Assembly (NCBI GenBank): GCA_003222395.1
Contig: QHWB01000034.1
Coordinates: 147,645 to 211,644, forward strand
Length of the DNA stretch: 64,000 bases
From: Acidobacteriota bacterium
GTDB taxonomy: Bacteria; Acidobacteriota; Vicinamibacteria; Vicinamibacterales; CAVVIG01
Direction of reading: 5' to 3'
The position numbers were made by a program, and so were the translations under genes. This document shows positions 44,788-51,348 of this stretch, one piece after another; the first letter of the stretch is position 1, and each line of letters starts with the position of its first letter. The notes under the pieces were generated by a model that was not told the origin of the DNA, searched no databases, and worked only from the letters and a program-made list of their open reading frames with translations.

Positions 44788-45942
44788 ATGTTGAAGCGCG
44801 TTTTGTCGGGGGCAGTACTTCTCGCGGCTCTCTTCACGCTCGTTGCCGCAGCGCCCGCGAAGCTCACGGGCGGCAACGGCACCTTGTACATCGGCGGATG
44901 GCCGAACAGGATCTTCGTCATCGACGAGGCGACCGAAAAGGTGACAGGCACCATCGAAGTCACCACGGCCGGGCCGCCGAAGGGCGGTCCTCCGCGATCG
45001 ATGGTGCTGTCGAAGGATCGCAAGCGGTTCTATCTGACGAACTCGCTCGAGCAGGTGGAGATCCTCGACGCCGCCGCGCGCAGGAGCATCGATCACTTCT
45101 CGATGTCCGAAGGGCCGAACAAGCGGACGTACATCCGCGGAATGGTTCCCGATCCGCTCGATCGCTTCCTGATCATGGTTCTGAAGGTCGTCGAGAAGAA
45201 GATCGACCGGTACGAGGTCGGGGCTCCGAAGATGGTCGTCTACGATCTGAAGGAGCACAGGATCGCGCGCACCATTCCCTGGCCGAACAACGAGGAGCGC
45301 GAGAACGTCAACGTGATGTTCTCGCCCGACGGCAAGCTGCTGTACTTCTTCGCCGACGACGTGCTGATCTACGACACGACCGATTTCAAGCAGGTCGACA
45401 CCTGGGAGCTCTCGCGGCCGATCGAGGAGGGGTTCGGCCGCTTCGACTTCGGCCCGCGCGACACGACCTACGAAGAGCCTGGCTACTACAGCGGCATCTT
45501 CACGACCAGGGATCCGATCCAGAACCGCGACATCATGGGCGTCGCGCGCGTGAACCTGACAGCCAAGAGCTTCGACTTCTGGCCGATTGGGCCTGCTGTG
45601 CAGCTTCCCGTCGGAGCTCGGCCGGTGAGCTTTTCGCTCGCGCCGGATCGCAAGCGCGCCTACGGACTGCTGCAGGAGATCGGCCGCTACGAGTTCTGGA
45701 CGTTCGATCTCGACCGCCACAACGTGGCCAAGACGGAATTCGACGGCCGTCCGCGGATGGCATTGCGGACCAGCACCAACGGCAAAATCCTGTACATCTA
45801 TCAAGCCGGCAATACGATCGACTTCTACGACGCCGCGAACTACAAGTACCTTCGCACCCTGACGCTCGATGCCGACGAGACGACCGATCTCATCGTCGTC
45901 CCTGCTGAAACCGGCCGCACGACGTCTTCCTCGCAGCACTGA
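44788..45942 (+). CDS. qhpB: Quinohemoprotein amine dehydrogenase beta subunit (beta-propeller), copy 1
   Basis: ATG 44788 with the SD 'GGGAGA'; signal peptide 'MLKRVLSGAVLLAALFTLVAAAPA'. Repeated strand motifs typical of YVTN-like propellers. Position after qhpC matches the canonical qhpADCB order. Confidence 0.75.
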   Translation: MLKRVLSGAVLLAALFTLVAAAPAKLTGGNGTLYIGGWPNRIFVIDEATEKVTGTIEVTTAGPPKGGPPRSMVLSKDRKRFYLTNSLEQVEILDAAARRSIDHFSMSEGPNKRTYIRGMVPDPLDRFLIMVLKVVEKKIDRYEVGAPKMVVYDLKEHRIARTIPWPNNEERENVNVMFSPDGKLLYFFADDVLIYDTTDFKQVDTWELSRPIEEGFGRFDFGPRDTTYEEPGYYSGIFTTRDPIQNRDIMGVARVNLTAKSFDFWPIGPAVQLPVGARPVSFSLAPDRKRAYGLLQEIGRYEFWTFDLDRHNVAKTEFDGRPRMALRTSTNGKILYIYQAGNTIDFYDAANYKYLRTLTLDADETTDLIVVPAETGRTTSSSQH

Positions 45943-45980
45943 CGAACGACGGGGGCCGGCACGGCGGCCCTCGTTCGTTT
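45942..45980 (+). terminator. Intrinsic-terminator-like hairpin after qhpB copy 1
   Basis: 'ACGAACGAcggGGGCCGgcacggCGGCCCTCGTTCGTtt': 14 bp of pairing with a 3-nt bulge, followed by TT(T). Confidence 0.5.
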
Positions 45981-45997
45981 CCGCGCCGCCTCTGATT

Positions 45998-46102
45998 GCG
46001 GACGCTCGCCTGAAAGGCTCGCGCTACCGTCGGCGGACGCTCGCCTGAAAGGCTCGCGCTACCGTCGGCGGACGCTCGCCTGAGAGGCTCGCGCTACCGT
46101 CG
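45998..46102. repeat. Tandem repeat, 3 x 35 bp
   Basis: 'gcggacgctcgcctgaaaggctcgcgctaccgtcg' occurs at 45998-46032, 46033-46067 and 46068-46102. The third unit has one substitution (a to g). The unit resembles a degenerate member of the small hairpin family (…cctgaaagg…gcgctacc). Confidence 0.9.
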
Positions 46103-46190
46103 ATCGACCGGCCATGCCGCTGCTGAACAGTTGACGAACGGATTTCCGAACGCGCTTCCAACAAAATCCTGTAAGCGGCCGCGCGCAGCC

Positions 46191-46219
46191 TTGACAGGAG
46201 CACACACCGCGCGTAACGT
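46191..46219 (+). promoter_or_regulatory. Sigma70-like promoter upstream of the TBDR-like gene, copy 2
   Basis: TTGACA (46191-46196), 17-nt spacer, TAACGT (46214-46219). An SD 'GGGAGGAG' precedes ATG 46310. Confidence 0.4.
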
Positions 46220-46309
46220 GCGCAAAGCTTTCAAGTTTCATCTAAGGTGACAGTGCTCTCTTCTGGGGTCCAATCTCACGGTCCTGAACGATTTCAAGGG
46301 AGGAGCAGC

Positions 46310-49222
46310 ATGCGGCGAGGCGCGATCGTCTTCGGACTCTTGGTGCTGGTCCTGGTGTCGGCAGCAGCCCCGGCACGCGCGCAGCGAACCACGGGAGAGA
46401 TTGTCGGCGTCGTGACCGACGAATCGAACCTCGTTCTGCCGGGCGTCACGGTGACGCTTCGAGGCCCCGGCGTCGCCGGCACGCCGACGGTCGTCACCAG
46501 CGAAACCGGCGCATACCGTTTTCCGGCGTTGCCACCCGGAGAGTACACGATCGAGTACACGCTTCAGGGCTTCGCGACGCTGAGGCGCGAGAACATCCCC
46601 GTCGGCGTAGGCGCGGTCATCGAGCTGAACGTTCCACTGAAGGTCAGCACGCTGAGCGAGACGGTGACCGTGACCGGCGAATCGCCGGTGGTGAACCTGG
46701 CGTCGACGACGGTGAGCACGAACTACAACAAGGAATGGGTCGCGGCGGCGCCGATCAGACACTTCTCGTTCTTCGATCTCGTCAACTCCGCGCCTGGCGT
46801 GAGCGCCACGTCGACGCTCGGCTCGAACTCTTCAGCGACCACGCTCGGGAGCACGACGAACGACAATGTGTACGCGATCGACGGCACCGATCTGTCCGCA
46901 CCGATCGGCGGCGGCGCCTGGCCGTGGCCGAACGCCGACGCGATTCAGGAAGTCGAGGTTCTGCAGTTGGGCGCTTCAGCCGAGTACGGCAACGTCATGG
47001 GCGCCGTCTTCAACGTCGTGACCCGCCAGGGCGGCAACCAGTTTCACGGCGACGCGACGTACTACGGGCAAACCCAAAAGCTGACGAGCCGCAACACGAC
47101 GGTTGCGCAGGAATGCCTCGGCGTATCGGACTGTCCGTCAAGTGGCCTGCCGTATCACCGCGATCAGTGGCGAGATACCACGGCCCAACTGACGGGTCCG
47201 TTCGTCCGAGACAAGTTCTGGTTCTTCGGATCGTTCGAGTATCAGAACGACTTCGATTCGCAGCCCGGTACCGATCCGTCCGCGCCGGCGAAGTCGACGT
47301 CGCGGCGCGTGTTCTACAAGTTCAACTACAACATCACGCCGAATCACCGGCTGATGCACGGCTATCACAACGACTACTGGGCCTTCCCGGGAGTTCCGAC
47401 AGCCTCCATCGCGCCGAGCGCCGTTGCGCTGTTCCACGGCGACAACCCCACGCCGAACCTGGTGTACACCGGCGTTTTGTCGAGCAAGACGTTCGTGGAA
47501 GCGCGTCTGGCCGGCTATTACGGAAAGGATTCCGGCGATCCGTTGCTTCCCGGTGAGCCGCGCGTCAAACCTCACATCATCAACCAGGATACGGGCCTGA
47601 TTAGCGGCGGCATCTCGTCCTGGGACGATGAGAAGGTATGGCGCACCGGCGTCAGCGGGAAGATCTCGCATCTTGCCGACAGGTTTTTGGGTGGCAGCCA
47701 CGATCTGAAGCTCGGCGTGCAGTACAGCACCGGCGGCCAGGACAGCGTCACCGGACCCAACGACTACCTCTACATCGTCGGCGGACGGCAGTCGTATGGC
47801 TACACACGTTTGCCGTGGCACGCGGGCGGACTCATTCGGATCCTCGGAACGTACGTCGACGACACCTACCGCCTCGGAAATACGTTCACGTTCAACCTGG
47901 GATTGCGGTACGACCATAGCCAGGCGCTCTATCCGTCGTTCCCGGTCCTCGATGCGTCAGGGAATGCCACCGGACAGGTCTCTCCCGGTAATGACGACGT
48001 GTATCACTGGAACGTGGTATCGCCGCGAATCGGTGCGACCTGGAAGGTGAACCAGGCAGGCAAGACCGTCGTCAAGGGCTACTACGGACGCTTGTATCGC
48101 GGAATCCTGCTCGCCGATTTCACCGACGCCAATCCGTCGGTCACCCCCAGGTTCATCTTCGACATCCTGCCTTCGGGTGCGCGCACGAACTTCGACGTCG
48201 TCAGCAGCAACACGAATCTGACGATCGATCGCGGTTTCAAGGATCCGTACTCGCACGAAGCGATCGTTCAGATAGAACAGGAGATGATGCCGAACCTCGG
48301 GCTGCAGGTGAACTACGTCTACAAACGCGGATACGACTACGGCGGCTGGCAGGACACCGGCGGACGTTATTCGCAGGTACCGTATGTGGACAGTGCGGGC
48401 ATCGACGCGAGTAACAGAACACTACAGCTGTTCAGCCTACTGACGCCATTCAGTCAGAGCACGTTTCAGATGACGAACGTGCCGGGGCTGTTCAGCAGAT
48501 ACAACGGAATGACGATCACAGGCACGAAGCGGATGTCGCACAATTGGCAGGGAACGCTTTCTCTCGTGGTGTCCAAATCCGAAGGACGCGAGCCCTCGAG
48601 CACGCGAAGCCCGGCGACTGCTCAATACGGCACGTCCGGAGGCTTCGGGCGGATCGGATGCGGCAGTCCATGCGCCGGCGGTCAGAACGACTTCATCAAC
48701 ACGGATGGCCTGCTGCTCGGCGATCGTCCGGTCGTGGCGAAGGCGCAGGTCATCTACAACTTCCCCTGGGGGATTCTGGTCTCGGGCAACCTGCAGCATC
48801 AGACGGGCCGCCCGTGGGCGCGCCAGATCCGCGTGGCCGGATTGGGATTTCCGAGCCGGCCCACGATCTATATGGAGCCGCTCGATGGCAGCCGGCGGCT
48901 GCCGGCGTTGGATCTGGTCGACGCGCGGGTGCAGAAGTCGATCCCGCTCGGGCGCCCTGGCGTGTTTCTCGATCTCTTCATCGATGCGCTCAATCTGACG
49001 AACAGCGACTCAACCGAGAACGTCCTGAGCCGGCGCGGCGATCAGCCCGATACGTTCGGCGTGTGGTCCGGGGCGGACACGTTGGTCCGCCCCTACCTGT
49101 CTATTTCGGCCAATCGATCACGGGCGGCACTGAATCCCGCATTCAATTCGAGAGTCTTCCGAAAGTACGGCGCCGCTTCTGATGCGCGGTGCTCGCGCTG
49201 GAGCGTGAGCCCGAGATTGTAG
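46310..49222 (+). CDS. TonB-dependent-receptor-like outer-membrane protein, qhp-linked copy 2 (aberrant C-terminus)
   Basis: Collinear with 37852..40611; most of the first ~150 mature residues are identical by eye. Where the paralogue ends '…AKIRW*', this gene reads '…SANRS' and runs on for 33 more codons into the convergent gene. Confidence 0.7.
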   Translation: MRRGAIVFGLLVLVLVSAAAPARAQRTTGEIVGVVTDESNLVLPGVTVTLRGPGVAGTPTVVTSETGAYRFPALPPGEYTIEYTLQGFATLRRENIPVGVGAVIELNVPLKVSTLSETVTVTGESPVVNLASTTVSTNYNKEWVAAAPIRHFSFFDLVNSAPGVSATSTLGSNSSATTLGSTTNDNVYAIDGTDLSAPIGGGAWPWPNADAIQEVEVLQLGASAEYGNVMGAVFNVVTRQGGNQFHGDATYYGQTQKLTSRNTTVAQECLGVSDCPSSGLPYHRDQWRDTTAQLTGPFVRDKFWFFGSFEYQNDFDSQPGTDPSAPAKSTSRRVFYKFNYNITPNHRLMHGYHNDYWAFPGVPTASIAPSAVALFHGDNPTPNLVYTGVLSSKTFVEARLAGYYGKDSGDPLLPGEPRVKPHIINQDTGLISGGISSWDDEKVWRTGVSGKISHLADRFLGGSHDLKLGVQYSTGGQDSVTGPNDYLYIVGGRQSYGYTRLPWHAGGLIRILGTYVDDTYRLGNTFTFNLGLRYDHSQALYPSFPVLDASGNATGQVSPGNDDVYHWNVVSPRIGATWKVNQAGKTVVKGYYGRLYRGILLADFTDANPSVTPRFIFDILPSGARTNFDVVSSNTNLTIDRGFKDPYSHEAIVQIEQEMMPNLGLQVNYVYKRGYDYGGWQDTGGRYSQVPYVDSAGIDASNRTLQLFSLLTPFSQSTFQMTNVPGLFSRYNGMTITGTKRMSHNWQGTLSLVVSKSEGREPSSTRSPATAQYGTSGGFGRIGCGSPCAGGQNDFINTDGLLLGDRPVVAKAQVIYNFPWGILVSGNLQHQTGRPWARQIRVAGLGFPSRPTIYMEPLDGSRRLPALDLVDARVQKSIPLGRPGVFLDLFIDALNLTNSDSTENVLSRRGDQPDTFGVWSGADTLVRPYLSISANRSRAALNPAFNSRVFRKYGAASDARCSRWSVSPRL

Positions 49223-51117
49223 GTGTAGCGCGGTTCCTTCGCGTCGCGCTGCACCGCCTCCCGAAACAGGCGCTCCGCTTCGACGAGATCACCGCCCGCA
49301 CCGACGATCATCCCGAGCGAATTCCACTGCGACGGCTCCGCCGGATCGCGCGCGATGGCGTCCCGAAAGGAGCTCGCGGCCTGCTGGAGATCGCCGCTGT
49401 CGCGATGAAGCTCGCCGAGGCGGCGGTAGATCCGCGCGTCGGTGGGCACGGCGCGGGCGCCGCGGCGCAGCGCATCGATCGCGCCGTGGCGATCCTTGAT
49501 CGCGACGCGGCAGTCGGCGAGCGCCAGATACGTGGCCGCAAATCCCGGCAGCCGCGGAATCGCGCGGTCGAACTGCGCGGCTGCCTCGCGCCACCGCGCC
49601 AGCGCCACGAGCGCCTGGCCGTAGTAGTAGTGCGATTCGAAGCTGTCGATGCCTCTCGCCGCGAGCGTCTTGAAGCGGGTCGCTGCGGCGTCGTACTGCT
49701 TGTCGCGCAGGTTCAGCAATCCCGCATGGAGCAGGGCATTCAGTTCCCTGTAGTCCGCGATCTTGTCCTTCGGATCCGCGTCTGTCGACGCGCCGCCCGC
49801 GGCGCCGCCGCTCACGTACCCGAGGGCGCCGAGCTTTTCGATCAATTCGATTGGCACGTCGCCCGCCTGCGCCTGACCCCGCGTCGCGGCCGCCTCGCTC
49901 GCGAGACGACGATCGATCGCGGCGCGGAACGCGCGGGCTCGCGCCGGCTCGGCGTCGATCACGTTCTTCAGCTCCGACGGATCGCGCGCCAGGTCGTACA
50001 GCTCCGATCGCGGCGCGAGGATGAATTTCCATCGCCCCTCGCGGACGCTGCGGAGATCGCTCCAGCCGTAATGGATCCGCGGCGTCAGCGATTCGGCGAA
50101 CGCCGGCACTTCGTCGCGCGGCGCCGGTTCGCCGCGCAGGAGCGACGCGAGGCTGCGCCCCGGAAGGGATCCGGTCGACCGCGGAGGCGCCACGCCGGCG
50201 AGATCCAGAATCGTCGGGAACAAGTCGACGCTCTGCACGACGAGCGGGAGGCGCGTTCCCGGGACGATGCCGGGTCCGCGCATCAGCAGCGGCACGCGCA
50301 GCGTGGCCTGATACAAGAAGAACCCGTGCACCAGCTCGCCGTGCTCGCCGAGCGCTTCGCCGTGATCGGAGGTGAGCACGAGCAGCGTGTCGTCGCGGAT
50401 GCCGAGGCGCGCCAGCGTCCGGTCGAGGCGTCCGATCAGCTCGTCGGTCCAGGCGACTTCGCCGTCGTACGGGCGCTCGGCGTATCGCGAGGCATAGGGT
50501 TCGGGCGGTTCGTACGGCGCGTGAGGATCGTAGAGATGCACCCACGCAAACGTCCGCTGGCGCCGGTGGCGTTCGAGCCACGCCGACGCGTCGGCGACCG
50601 CGACGTCGCCGCGTTTTTCCAGGATGTCGAGGAAGCGCGCCTCGTCCGGCGCGTCGGTGCCGAGATCGAAACGATCGGAGAACTCGTCGAACCCGCGCGC
50701 CAGACCGGACTGCGACGACAGCACGATCGACGACACGAATCCGGCGGTATCGAACCCGGCGGCCTTGAACGCCTCCGCCATCGTCGGCACATCCGGGGCC
50801 AGCGCGCGCGAGATGTTGTCGCGGATGCCGTGCTGCGCCGGATAGAGGCCGGTGAAGATCGAGACGTGCGACGGCCGCGTGATCGGCGCATGCACCATCG
50901 CGTCGAGCGCCAGCGCTCCTTCGCGCGCGACCCGATCGAAGTTCGGCGTCGCGACATCGCGGCTGCCGTAGCAGCCGAGCCGATCGGCGCGAAGCGTGTC
51001 GATGGTGACGATGAGAATGTGACGAGGCGGGCCTGCGACGGCGTGCGGAGTGTTGTGATCGCAGCCGAGGACACAGAGAGGGCAGAGCACACAAAGAAAG
51101 GCAAACCACAGAGACAC
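49093..51117 (-). CDS. Sulfatase-fold (alkaline-phosphatase superfamily) enzyme fused to C-terminal TPR repeats; lipoprotein-like signal
   Basis: 'HILIVTIDTLRADRLGCYG' is the metal-binding start of the fold. The nucleophile region 'APITRPSHVSIFTGLYP' has T-x-P-x-H in place of C/S-x-P-x-R. The C-terminal third carries TPR-like repeats. N-terminus '…LCVLGC'. Confidence 0.75.
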   Translation of the reverse strand: MSLWFAFLCVLCPLCVLGCDHNTPHAVAGPPRHILIVTIDTLRADRLGCYGSRDVATPNFDRVAREGALALDAMVHAPITRPSHVSIFTGLYPAQHGIRDNISRALAPDVPTMAEAFKAAGFDTAGFVSSIVLSSQSGLARGFDEFSDRFDLGTDAPDEARFLDILEKRGDVAVADASAWLERHRRQRTFAWVHLYDPHAPYEPPEPYASRYAERPYDGEVAWTDELIGRLDRTLARLGIRDDTLLVLTSDHGEALGEHGELVHGFFLYQATLRVPLLMRGPGIVPGTRLPLVVQSVDLFPTILDLAGVAPPRSTGSLPGRSLASLLRGEPAPRDEVPAFAESLTPRIHYGWSDLRSVREGRWKFILAPRSELYDLARDPSELKNVIDAEPARARAFRAAIDRRLASEAAATRGQAQAGDVPIELIEKLGALGYVSGGAAGGASTDADPKDKIADYRELNALLHAGLLNLRDKQYDAAATRFKTLAARGIDSFESHYYYGQALVALARWREAAAQFDRAIPRLPGFAATYLALADCRVAIKDRHGAIDALRRGARAVPTDARIYRRLGELHRDSGDLQQAASSFRDAIARDPAEPSQWNSLGMIVGAGGDLVEAERLFREAVQRDAKEPRYTYNLGLTLQREHRASEAAPYFRKTLELNAGFSAARDRLAEIDR

Positions 51118-51186
51118 GGAGACACCGAGAAAATCAGACGGCGCGATCGCAAAGCGCGCAGAGAGTGAACGCCGATCGGTTCGGCG

Positions 51187-51275
51187 GCCGGCCTGCGCAG
51201 CAGGCCGGCATGCGCGGCCGGATCGGACGGAAACGCGAGCCAGGGTGGATCCTGACGGCTCGCGTTTCCGTCCGA
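51187..51275 (-). terminator. Two strong GC-rich hairpins between the tandem sulfatase-fold/TPR genes; candidate terminator(s)
   Basis: GCCGGCCTGC-gca-GCAGGCCGGC (51187-51209, 10-bp stem), plus a perfect 19-bp stem at 51223-51241 / 51257-51275 with a 15-nt loop containing GGATCC. No U-tract. Confidence 0.4.
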
Positions 51276-51348
51276 CTCCGGTCGCGCGCGGCGCTCCGCG
51301 CCGCCGCCGAACCGAGGCGTCTCTGCACCTCTGTGTCTCCGTGGTTGG

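Noticed and set aside
45998-46102. Possible CRISPR array
   Set aside because: The 35-bp units are directly adjacent with no spacers. There are only three units and no cas genes in the window. This is a simple tandem repeat.
46059-46241. 60-aa minus-strand ORF with a Cys-rich stretch (…CSCQGCARPLTGFCW…), considered as an extra RiPP-like precursor near the radical SAM genes
   Set aside because: It runs through the tandem repeat and the predicted promoter of the downstream gene. It has no SD, and its C-terminus is Arg-rich repeat-derived sequence. It is most likely spurious.
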